DNA from: Felis catus
Lineage: Eukaryota
Direction of reading: 5' to 3'
DNA: 64,000 bases
Assembly (NCBI RefSeq): GCF_018350175.1
Contig: NC_058368.1
Coordinates: forward strand, 98,768,001 to 98,832,000
Part shown: positions 13,285-23,965 of the stretch, in pieces
Layout: the number at the start of each line of letters is the position of its first letter
How positions within the stretch are numbered: position 1 is the first letter of the stretch
Program-made: the position numbers and the translations under genes
Notes under the pieces: model-generated
Database searches by the model: none
What the model was told of the DNA's origin: nothing
The model's input: the letters and a program-made list of their open reading frames with translations, nothing else

Positions 13285-13366
13285 TCTCTCTCTCCTTTCT
13301 GCCCCTCCCCTGTGCTTTCTCTCTCTCTCTCTCTTTCTCTCAAAAATAAATAAATAAGCCTAAAAA
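13107..13366 (+). mobile_element. CanSINE with a long (CT)n
   Basis: SINE head, (CT)n, AATAAA tail. Confidence 0.95.
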
Positions 13367-13499
13367 ATGAAGAAGAAATCATTGCATCGATCTGTTATAG
13401 ACTGGTTAGCCACCTAGGGCATTGTTTTCCAATATAGATCAATAGGTGTTTCATAGGAGAAATGCAAACTGCATTATCTTAACATTTTGAGAAATGCTG

Positions 13500-13740
13500 C
13501 ACTAAACAAATTTAGTCAGGTTTCTACATATCAAGACTTTCCAGAGCCTTTATCATGTTAATTAATGTAGGGCTGCATTTCATTTTTCTGTAGGTTTTAA
13601 ATTTTACACATATGTACTTAATGCTTATGTAATTAAAAAGTCAAAAGTGTTAATATGCACCACGATCTTCCAGGGAGGGCATAAATTGTGCAACATTTTT
13701 CAAAATTGGGAATGTTTTTCCTCAGAGGGTCTATTGCTGT
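13500..13740. mobile_element. hAT-Charlie DNA transposon remnant (Charlie4-like)
   Basis: gactttccagagcctttatcatgttaa and aatatgcaccacgatcttccagggagggcataaattgtgcaacatttttcaaaatt resemble the recalled Charlie4 consensus. Confidence 0.45.
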
Positions 13741-14109
13741 CTCAATTCATGGATAGTGAAAAAGTGATTGGTAAGAGGGAGAATGTTCTTATGGTCAGGA
13801 TTGGGATCCTTTCTGGCATGTGAAGAATCACATCTTTGAACTTGCAAAGCTTGACTTTTTCAGTGTTACATTCATACAGAATGGATAACAGAATTTAAGA
13901 TGAAACTGAAAGTAGGGTATAATTTAGACTTTTCTTATTTCACTCATCTTTGAAAGAAGCCTTTTCCTGTGGCTTAAAGTAAATCAAATAGTATGATGAA
14001 AGGAAATTGGTCTGTGTGCAGAACAAACTGATGATGCTTCTACTTGTCTTTTCTGGGAATATGTCTTGCTTCAGTCACACGTGTCTGTCTCCCAGTAAAA
14101 TAGATAGCA

Positions 14110-14575
14110 AAGTACAATGGTGTGAGCTACACCCTGGAGCTCTGTTTTCTGTTCTGTTAATTGTGACACTGGTCAAATTACTCTACCTCTCTGTGCCTTA
14201 CTGATCTCATCTGAAATTGGAGGTAATAAATAGATACGCTTTAGGGGCGCCTGGGTGGCGCAGTCGGTTAAGCGTCCGACTTCAGCCAGGTCACGATCTC
14301 GCGGTCCGTGAGTTCGAGCCCCGCGTCGGGCTCTGGGCTGATGGCTCAGAGCCTGGAGACTGTTTCAGATTCTGTGTCTCCCTCTCTCTCTGCCCCTCCC
14401 CCGTTCATGCTCTGTCTCTCTCTGTCCCAAAAATAAATAAAACGTTGAAAAAAAATTAAAAAAAAATAAAAAAAATAGATACGCTTTATAGGGTTGTGAT
14501 GAAGATTAAATTACTATCTTTGAAGGATTAAGAATTATTCCCAGCCCATAGTATGCACTCTATATTTGTTAAATA
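14110..14575 (+). mobile_element. MIR split by a young SINE
   Basis: ctctctgtgcctt...ctcatctgaaattggaggtaataa, then after the SINE tagggttgtgatgaagattaaat. Confidence 0.7.
14244..14472 (+). mobile_element. Young feline SINE (SINEC_Fc-type)
   Basis: CpG-rich, near-consensus GGGGCGCCTGGGTGGCGCAGTCGGTTAAGCGTCCGACTTCAGCCAGGTCACG; perfect 16-bp TSD aaatagatacgcttta. Confidence 0.97.
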
Positions 14576-14750
14576 AACTAATTAAGCTGAGAAAGCTATG
14601 TCATTGCCTTTTCTGTTTATTGTCATTCATTCTCTTCTGTGGCGTGTCTAGTGTCCTATTCAACAGGACTGACATGTTAGCAGGAAGCATGTTCACGGTA
14701 GAAATCTAGTTCTGCCACGTTGTCTCTGCATCCAGGATGTTCTGGGTTGG

Positions 14751-15948
14751 TTTTTGGTGTTGTTGTTTTGTTTTGTTGTTGTTTTGAGGTTTTTTTTTGA
14801 GTATAGTTGACACACAATGTCACATTAGTTTCAGGCGTACAACGTAGTGATTTGACACGGTTCTGTTTTCTGCTGTATACACCACAAGTGTAGTTACCAT
14901 CTGTCCTGTTACACTGCTATCCCAATATCATTAGCTGTATTCCTTATGCTGTGCCTTTTTCCCCCTGTTTCATCCTGCACCCAGAAGCCTGTATCTCCCT
15001 CTCTCTCACCCATTTTGCACATCCCGCGACCCTCCCCCCACTGGCACCCATGGGTTTGTTCTCTATATTTCTAGGTCTGATTCTGCTTTTCGTTTGTTTG
15101 CTTATTCATTTGTTTTGCTCGTTTGTTTTAATTCCACTTATGAGCTGAATCCTATGGTTTTTGTGTTTCTCAGTCTGAATTATTTCACTTAGCATAATAC
15201 GCTCTGGGTCCATCCGTGTTGTTGCACATGCACAATCTCATCCCTTTAATGAGTGTGGAATATGGAACATCTATAGAATACCCCCCCCACATATATATAT
15301 GTTTATGTTTCATTTTCCTCATCCATTCATCTGTTGAAAGATACTTAGGTTGTTTCCAAATCTTAGCTGTTGTAAATAATGCTGCAATATATGTTAGCGA
15401 TACATGTATCTTTTCAAAACAGTGTTTTCGTTTTCTTTGGGTAAACACCCAGTGGTGCAATTACTGGATCTTATGGTAGTTCCGTTTTTAATTTTCTGAG
15501 TAGCCTCCATACCGTTTTCTACAGTGGCCACACCAGTTTGCATTCCCACCAACACTGCACGAGGGACTGTTTTCCTCCACATCCTTGGGAGCCTTTGTTA
15601 TTTCTTGTCATTGTGATTTTAGCCATTCCAACTGGTGTTTGATGATATCTCACCGTGGTTTTGATTTGCATTTCCCTGATGATTAGTAGTGTTGAACGTC
15701 TTCTCATGTGTCTGTTGGCCATCTGTATTTCTTTTTTGAAAAATTATCTCTTCAGGTCTTCTGCCCATTTTTTAATCAGATTTTTTTTTGGTGTTCTGTT
15801 GTATTCTTCATATATTTTGGATATTCACCCCTTATCAGATATATCAGTTGCAAATACCTCCAGTAGATTGTCCTTTTGTTTTATTGATCATTTCCTTTGC
15901 TGTGCAAAAGCTTTTTTATTTTGATGTAATCCCAATAGTTTATTTGCC
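14751..15948 (-). mobile_element. 5'-truncated older L1 (L1MA/L1_Carn-like): ORF2 C-terminal remnant and 3' UTR
   Basis: Minus frames [31 protein letters not shown] and IAALFTTAKIWKQPKY match the L1 ORF2 C-terminus; T-rich tail at left. Confidence 0.93.
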
Positions 15949-16282
15949 TAGTGGTTACTAGAGATTCTTCCCCAGGCCATCACTGTGGGGGTGGCCAGAC
16001 AGGAAAATAGTTATTTGCCTGCTCTCTGTATAAAAACATACAGTGTTCGTGCTTGATAGTGTATTCTATTAAGCAAAAGCGATAGTTGCGTCTCTTAGTG
16101 TGAAAATAGATTGAGAAATCTTCTAAACATCTTATTTTACTAGCAGTACTAACCTCTTAAAAATTATTTCCATGATGATTTGGTGCACAGCAGTAATGAT
16201 AATAGTTAATATCTAGTGAGCACTGCGCAAAGCCTGTTTATCATCTAACCTTCACTATAAGCTTATAAAAGAGACATCGTCA

Positions 16283-16512
16283 GGGACGCCTGGGTGGTTC
16301 AGCCGGTTAAGCGTCTGACTCTTGATTTTAGCTCAGGTCACAATCTCTTGGTTTGTGAGTTTGAGCCTCACATCAGGCTCTGTGCCAACTGTGCAGAGCC
16401 TGCTTGGGATTCTCTCTCTCCCTCTCTCTCTCTCAGCCCCTCCCCTCCTCATGTTCTCTCTCTCTCTCTCTCAAAATAAGTAAATAAACTTAAAAAAAGA
16501 AATAAAAAAAAT
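16283..16512 (+). mobile_element. CanSINE within a minus-strand MIR (about 16190-16650)
   Basis: SINE structure; TSD ataaaagag(a/g)cat(c/t)gtca. Confidence 0.93.
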
Positions 16513-16799
16513 AAAAGAGGCATTGTCATTATCCCCATTTTGCAGTCAAGAAAATCAAAGACACTAATGACTTGTCTAACAGAATTAATACAATGTTAAA
16601 CTGGTTTACAAACCTAAGAAGTCCACCTCTAGACTATGTACTCCTAACCACTTTACACTCCTGTTTCTCTTCACCTCAAAACTTTAAAACAATCACAGAG
16701 CACTTAGAAAGTCTAAATCAATGGTTTATATATCTCAACACCAACTTCCCCAAGGCTGAATAAACACTATGGGTATTTGGAACCGTGCACGTGAGCATG

Positions 16800-17705
16800 G
16801 GCATATGATGAGTATAATTCAGTACATACCATGGACTATGATATCCATAGAAGTATTATTAATAATAGCCCAAAACTGGAAAAATCCAAATATCTATCAT
16901 ATGAAATATGATAGATAAATATAGATATTAAATATCCATGCAAGAGACTGTTATTCAGCAATAAAAAGTAACAAACTCCTGATACATGCTACAACAATCA
17001 AGAACCTCAAAAACATTCTGCGAAGTGAAAGAAGCCAGATATAAAAGACCACATAGTATAGGTTTCGGTTTATATGAAATATCCATAAAAAAACAGTCTC
17101 TAGAGTTGGAAAGTAGAGTATTGGTGGCCTGGGACTAGGGGTTGACTGCACATAACCTTGAGACGTCTTTTTAAGGGGTGATGCAAATCTGAAAGCTAGA
17201 TTACATCAAAAGTTGCACGCATCTGTCAATTTACTGAAAATGATTTACCAGAAAAGAATTGTACACTTAAGTGGGTGAATTTATCATTCATGTTCTTCTG
17301 TGATGTGTCTAGTGTCCTATTCAAGAGGACTGACGTGTTAGCAGCAAGAGTGTTGATGGTAGTAATCTAGTTCTGCTACTTTGTCTCTGCATCCAGGATG
17401 TTCTGGGTTGATTTTTGTTGTTGTTTTGTTTTGTTTCGTTGGTGTTTGTTTGTTTGAGTACAGTTGACACACAATGTCACATCAGTTTTAGGTATACAAT
17501 GTAGTGATTTGACAGGGTTCTGTTTTCTGCTGTATACACCACAAGTGTAGTTACCATCTATCCTGTTACACTGCTCTTCCGATATCATTAACCGTATTCT
17601 GTCAATTTACTGAAAATCATTTACCAGAAAAGAATTGTACACTTCAGTGGGTGAATTTTGTCACATGCAAATTATTCCTCAATAAAGATGTTAAAAAAAA
17701 AAAAA
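16800..17705 (+). mobile_element. Old L1 (L1MB/L1MC-like) 3' end containing a templated insertion
   Basis: aatagcccaaaactggaaaaatccaaatatc...ttattcagcaataaaaag...ttgtacactt...ctcaataaagatgtt and A-tail. Confidence 0.85.
17281..17599 (+). repeat. Diverged direct copy of 14620-14942, flanked by ~65-bp direct repeats (17222-17286 and 17598-17663)
   Basis: Alignment of the two segments by eye. Confidence 0.93.
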
Positions 17706-18427
17706 GATAAACCTAATGATAGCCCAGAGATTGAGTATTTTGGTCCATAGTAAGTGATAAAGATAAGGCAGACTGAAAATCAAGTTCAAAAGTTGATAAT
17801 ACATTGTAATTTTTGTGTTCATCTGGGCTCTCTCCATAATTTGTAGAGTAAAAGCTAAAAAAGTCATTTTTTTACAGTTAGCATCAAAATAAGTTGGCAA
17901 TGAAATAGGAAGTTTTATTTATTTAGAATTCAGTCATACATAATTTCCCTTTGATGTGATAATCTGAGTATCTGACTTTGGAAATAAATTAGGTTTCTGT
18001 ACCTCATTTAAAGCTCATCAGTTGAAATAAAAATGTTTAAATGGAAGTTGCATTATGGTATTAAATTTATGTCTGAAGGAATTTCTGCAAAGTGTAGAAG
18101 AAACTCTCTATTTTAGCCTGGATGGCTAATTAATATACTTCTTCAGTCAGTGGCCCAATTTCATTATATTCTGTCCTTTTATTTTCACTCATTTCTACTT
18201 TGTGAGATATGCAGGGTGTTCATTTATCATTTCCCCTATTGTACACATTAGGCAACGAGGCATATAGGGATTTAACTTGGCCTCGTACTCAGTGGCCCTG
18301 AATACTAGTCGCATATAATCCATATATGATCCCAATACTGTGAACTCATTGTTTCAACTAGCAGGTACTTAATAAGTGCCATTTGATGAATTTGGTAGAG
18401 CCATGTAGATATCATAACTAGGTTCTT

Positions 18428-18752
18428 TCTTTTTAAAGTTTCCTTAATTTATTTAAGTACACAGAGCGTGGGGCTCAAACTCACAACCCTGAGATCAAGA
18501 GTCACATGCTGGGATGCAGGGGTGGCTCAGTCAATTAAGCATCCAACTTCAGCTCAGGCCATGGTCTCATGGTTCATGAGTTCGAGCCCCGCTATGGGCT
18601 CTGAGCTGACAGCTCGGAGCCGGGACCCTGCTTTGGCTTCTGTGTCTCCCTCTTTCTCGCTCTTCCCTCCCCCTCTCAAAAATAAATAAAACGTGAAAAA
18701 AATGTAAAAAAAAAAGTCACATGCTTTTCCTACTGAGTCAGCCAGATGCCCC
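18428..18752 (-). mobile_element. Short old-type CanSINE split by a second SINE
   Basis: Reverse head ggggcatctggctgactcagtagg...gcatgtgactcttgatctcagggttgtgagtttgagccccac; outer TSD ata(a/g)ctaggttctt. Confidence 0.85.
18511..18713 (+). mobile_element. CanSINE inserted into the opposite-strand SINE
   Basis: TSD agtcacatgct on both sides. Confidence 0.93.
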
Positions 18753-20904
18753 TTATAGCTAGGTTCTTAAGCAAGTTCATGACTGTCATCTTAAAGGATT
18801 CTCTGAACATCTTGTAGTAAGTTGGAACTGCAAGCAGTAAGGATTTAAAATATGACTCAGTACCGATGCATTACAATAGTCTTTGTTGTGCATTATCAGG
18901 CATCTTACATGGGCAGATGGAGAAAAGTATGGTCCCACACAAACTCTGCCCATTTAAAAATAATTTTCCCGAGTGCATCATTTCTCATTCCTGGGCTTCA
19001 GGCTTTGTGAAAAAAAATTAGGGAGGTATTATAGATTATTTAACTGTTGTACTGGCTCTCCATGCATCAAAACAAAAGAAGAGCGACAGACTACTGGTTT
19101 TACAAGTTATTCTTCCCCCAGAAGCATCTTGAATGGTATATTCCCTGACGCTTAAAAGCCTCTGATCTCAGTCTATTTCTTATGAACTCAAGAATTTACT
19201 GTTAGAGACAGATTTGTCAAAAGCTCACACATCATTCTCCCCCTCCTTGGGCCCTTTCTTAAAGAAATAAAAGAACCCTTAGTGTGTTTTCTTGTTTTAA
19301 ACAATATCTCTTGACCTGTTCTTAGTTACAATTACATTTCTTAATTGCATTCTCTTTCTGTTGCCTTTATCCCGCTGCGTGCATTTTTTCTTCTAGCAGC
19401 AACGTGGATCCTATAACCATTTCTTCAATTGTTCTGTTATCTCGTGAATTTATACTCCTTACATGCGAAGGTGGATTGTTCCCTGGAAGGCTGAACTTCA
19501 AGCCTGGATGCTTTGTTTGGTATTTGTGGCCCTCCTGTTTTCACTTGATGGTTTTTGTTTCAGAAACTCAGGTGCTAACAGCAAGGGAACAAAGATGGGT
19601 ATCTTTTTCAGAGAGCAGTAAGCATGGGAGCTATGTAAATGTTTTTCTGGTTACACTCACTTTGTTTTTAAGACACTTGTCTTTTAGATATAAGTGAGTC
19701 TGAGTGGGGTGGCCATAACCTAAAGCACATGTATTGGCATGTTTGCAGACATTTGTTCGAGCTCTCTGAGCACATGTTGAATAATAGATTCTGTTTTTGT
19801 TTATATGTTTTTGGCAGCGCCCAGCACTGTGCTTTCTAAAGTTTAGGAAACATGTAAGTTTATGGGAACTCTTTGCCTCTACTAAGGCTGTAAAGGGGAG
19901 AAGATACAAAACGTAGGACAGAGAGGATGAAGCAGATTTTTGTTTCTTTTTTGTTGTAGGAAATTGTAGCTACGTCTTTCCCATGCAAAATTCAGCATCT
20001 TAAAGGTGGGAGTCTCTGATTTTCCTTGTGGAATCCCCTTACCTTGTTTGAAACACACACACATTTTTCTACTTTTTAGAGACTGCATTCAGTTGTTAAC
20101 ACGCCTGCTTGATTTCTCCCAGTGCATGTTTCTAAAATGCAGGTTTTACATGCATACACAGTATTCCTAGATGTCTCTTGACCAATAAAAGGATCCTAGC
20201 ATGTTTTAACTCTGTTCAATACCTAACTGTCCAATATTTTAGACTCGTCTTGGCTTATATGCCTTACAGTAGTCATTTCTATACTGTTTTAGGCTAACGA
20301 CGCTTATTTAGATTAACTGATAACATTTTCCATTTTTTGCTCACCTTTACTTCCCACTCCTTTCTGCCTACATTTCCATATTCCCAAAGTACATCCTTGA
20401 GTTTTTTAGGTAAGAACAGCTAGTAGAAGGCTCTCTTTGTTTTTGCTTTGAAAATATGTATTTGATTCTCCATTTTAGATTTACTGGGCAGAGGATTCTA
20501 AGCAAACAGTTATTTCCTCTCAGCCTTTTAATAATATCATTCCATGATCTTCTGGTGTCTGCTGTAGCACTGAGTCCTCTAAATTCAGCTGTTGGCATAA
20601 GTATTATTATTTAGCAGCTCATGTGCTCTTCATCCTGCCTGCTTTCAGGAGCTTCTCTCTTCTTTGGTCATTAGCTGTTCCATTATGACGGCCCCCAGCT
20701 GTGGATTTTTCCTTGTTAATCACACTCACCTCGCCTTTTATCCGAGGACTCCTGTTTTTCGTCAATTCTGGGAAATTCCCTGCCGTTCTTTTTTTAAAAT
20801 ATTAACATATTCCCATTGTCCTTACTTTCATTCTCTCACCCCTCCTCCCTCCCTCCCTCTCTGTCTCAGAACTTATGTTTGATTTTTGTTGTTGTTGTTG
20901 TTGT

Positions 20905-21794
20905 TTTTAAGTTTGTTTATTTATTTATTTATTTGGAGAGAGTGTGTGCGTGTGAGTGGAGGGGCAGAAAGAGAGAATCCCAAGCAGACTCTGCACTGTC
21001 AGCACAGAGCCAGATGTGGGGCTCCCTCTCACGAACTCTGTGATCATGACTGATGAGGGAGCATAAGGTAAGCTGACACTCACAAACACACCACCCCCCT
21101 CAGCCGGGTGGGATATGTGTGACATTCCTCAGGCACTCCTGGCTGCCCAAGAACACAGGAAAGGGGAAAACAAATGGTTAACTGATAAGAAATCAGTCAT
21201 GCAGGACATGAGTCTCCATCAGTTTACAAACGTCTTCGTAAGTTACAAGAAAAAGGCAATCTTATCAACCTAATCTCCAGAAACCTACTGACTTAGTTTC
21301 CTGGAGCCCCAACATCATCCTTCCCTCCATTGTAATGTGGGGAACAAAGGCAAGAAGGAAATGGCAGGTAAAATTAAATTCCTTTATAAGCTGCAGCCCA
21401 TTGACAAATACTGGAGGCAAATACAGAGTAGAACATTTCTCCAGGAACCTCCTACTGTCCTCACTATAGGAAAAATAACCTTAGCTTGACAATAGCAAGG
21501 CCTCCTATCTTGTGAGTCCTCTTTAGCATATCAAAGTCCTTCTGGAGGCCTCCTTTTGTCTTTACCTCCCCCAACTCCATATAATATCATCAGTCACTCT
21601 TCACAACCCCAGTGCAGCTCCTGCTCATGGGTCCTGTCCCCCTGCTTTAATAAAATCACCTTTTTGCACCAAAGACATCTCAAGAATTCTTTCTCAGCAT
21701 CAGCTTCGGACCCCCACTACTCCAAAAACCATCAGTGACCTGACTTGGAATTAAAAGTTGGACACTTAACCACCTGAGCCACTCAGGTGCTCCC
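20905..21794 (-). mobile_element. CanSINE split by an LTR
   Basis: SINE body 20905-21050 resumes at 21735 (gtgacctga...gagccactcaggtgctccc); outer TSD tcagaactt(a/c)tgtt. Confidence 0.9.
21051..21734 (+). mobile_element. Solo endogenous retroviral LTR (684 bp)
   Basis: Inverted termini TGATG...CATCA, TSD atgac/gtgac, TATAA at about 21580, AATAAA at 21649-21654. Confidence 0.88.
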
Positions 21795-23619
21795 TCAGAA
21801 CTTCTGTTAACTGTTGTTCCTTCTTATTGTATCATCTACATCCCCTAGCCACTTGCTAGTATTTTCAAAATCTTTCTATTACTCCATTCTGCTTCCTTGT
21901 CTGTTTTCTAGTTCACTGGTTTTCTCTTCAGCTGTGTCTAATTTGAATTTAGCTTGCTTATATGTTTACTTACATGTATATGCAGTATCTTATTCAGAGT
22001 TTATTTTTTAATTTATGTCTTTTGTCACTTTAAACCTACTTATTTTACAGTTTATCTTTTTTTTTTTTATTATTTTTAAGCTCTTGGGTTTCTATTCCTG
22101 TTGTGTGTTTTCTGTGCTGACACTCAGTCATAGTGGGTTGCTTTCTTATACATTTTGTCATTGCTTATTATAAGGTTATCTAAATCTTCAAAATATTGTA
22201 AGAGTGACCTGCCTCTACTTCTTCCAGATGCTTCTGTGCTATTACTAGCCTGCCGCTAGATACGCTTTCATAATTTCCTGGCTTGGGACTGCCACGGTGT
22301 GCAGATTCTGACATTTGAATCCCAAATCAGGTAAAGATTTTTAAAAGTTACCAAAAACAAACAAACAAACAAACAGAACACCATTTTCCTCGAACCCGCA
22401 GTGAGCAATGTCCTTAATGCTCTACGTTAAGTGGATATATTTATTTGTTTTCTTGGTTGACCCTTCACAGAGGGTGGAGCTCTTCTAGAGCTCTTTTCTG
22501 TTACAGGTATTGCTACCTTATTGTCTGTGGTCCACAGAGGTTGGCTGAATGTCAAACCTCAAGCTCCTTGATCACCTAGACCGGCAGTCACCTTCCTCTT
22601 CACAAGTTTTGTCTCTGTACTAGCTCGTTGGCTTCCATGTCTGTTCCTGGAACCTAGATGGCCCCTTTCCTTTTTGAGCAAATCTAAATAGGCATTTTAG
22701 AGAAGTTTCAGGCTCTCTGGTCTGTCTAATCTAGTCTGTTGTGGGACACAGAAGTTTCCAAAATTTCTTAGTGGTGTATCTGTTCTCTCTAAAAGTTGAC
22801 AACTCGCCCACAAATAAACAGATTTTTTAATGTTTGGACTCGACTCTAATCATAAGGAAACAAATGATGATAGGATAAGCTAATAGTGAAGATTTATTTA
22901 AAACCTAAAACTTAAGAGGGAATCCAAGGAACTTAAAATAGATATGACCTCCTCTTCGTACATCACCAAAGTAAAATAAGAGCTGATATTTTAACGTTCA
23001 TGATTCTAGGGCAGATTAAGAGCCCTAATTTTATATGCACATGAAAAATAGGAACCTGGAACCCTCCTTTTCTGCTGAGCCTGGAAAGAAATAGATTGGA
23101 AGGAAAATAATTTACCATTTGAGTATTACTCTTTCTTGATTTTTTTTTTCATTAGATGGATCTCCTTCCTCTGTCTTTATGTTTTCCTATTTTTTGCTGC
23201 TTGCAGCTCATTTTCTCCCACACACTTTAAAAAAAGATCTGTCTTGAAAGGAACCCTGATTTAGCAGTTTTGTTGTTGGTTTGCTTTGAAACTCATGCAA
23301 AGTAACACATAAAGGCAAAGAAATATTAAGGTACCATGATATTACTGTGTCATCCTCCTTGTTAGAAACTTGAGCCAGATTCATTCATTCCTTGTGATCT
23401 CCTTCTCCAGTGTTGGCAGGCATCATAGCCACCTTTTTTAAAATGTGGAAGTGACTTCACACATAGCTTATTTCCCCAAGGTCATTCATGGAGGCATGAG
23501 TAATTATGATATTTTTAAGCAGAAATAGATCCAAAAGCTCTCTAAACAATGTATTTGACCCAGTATTTTTAGGATAATTTATGACAGGTAGAGGCTAGAA
23601 GAACTTCGATAATGGTAAT

Positions 23620-23825
23620 CAATAAGGTAATAAGGCTGTGAACCAGGCACTGTTTCAAGGCTTTCCATTTATTTATTCATTGAATTCTAACAGTCCATGA
23701 AATTCTTTTCTGATCCTGTTTTAAGGCCAGGCTTTCTGAGAAGTTAAGCCCCTCCTTAAAGTTATGTAGCTAGGATTTAGTGAAGCTAGGATTTACAATC
23801 AGGTCATCCGCAGTGTGGCTCCCAC
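23620..23825 (-). mobile_element. MIR
   Basis: ccaggcactgtttcaaggc...ctgagaagttaag...gctaggatttacaatcagg. Confidence 0.65.
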
Positions 23826-23843
23826 AGTCTATCTGTCTCTTGC

Positions 23844-23846
<3 letters not shown>

Positions 23847-23888
<42 letters not shown>

Positions 23889-23965
23889 CACACACACACA
23901 CCCTAGTATATACATACAGGAACACACACATACACACATTCTAACACACACACTCCAACACATAC
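23847..23965. repeat. (CA)n microsatellite with a degenerate extension
   Basis: Read directly. Confidence 0.95.

Larger units (their letters stand above)
20200..22200 (-). mobile_element. Ancient L1 (L1M) ORF1-region remnant
   Basis: ORF 20368-20598 (RRSWNDIIKRLRGNNCLLRILCP...FSKQKQREPST) resembles the L1 ORF1p C-terminal domain (RRQWNDIFKVLKENNCQPRILYP...FSDKQKLREF). Confidence 0.8.

Noticed and set aside
14244..14320. tRNA-like A/B boxes at SINE heads as tRNA genes
   Set aside because: Each is followed by a SINE body, tail and TSD, so these are SINE promoters.
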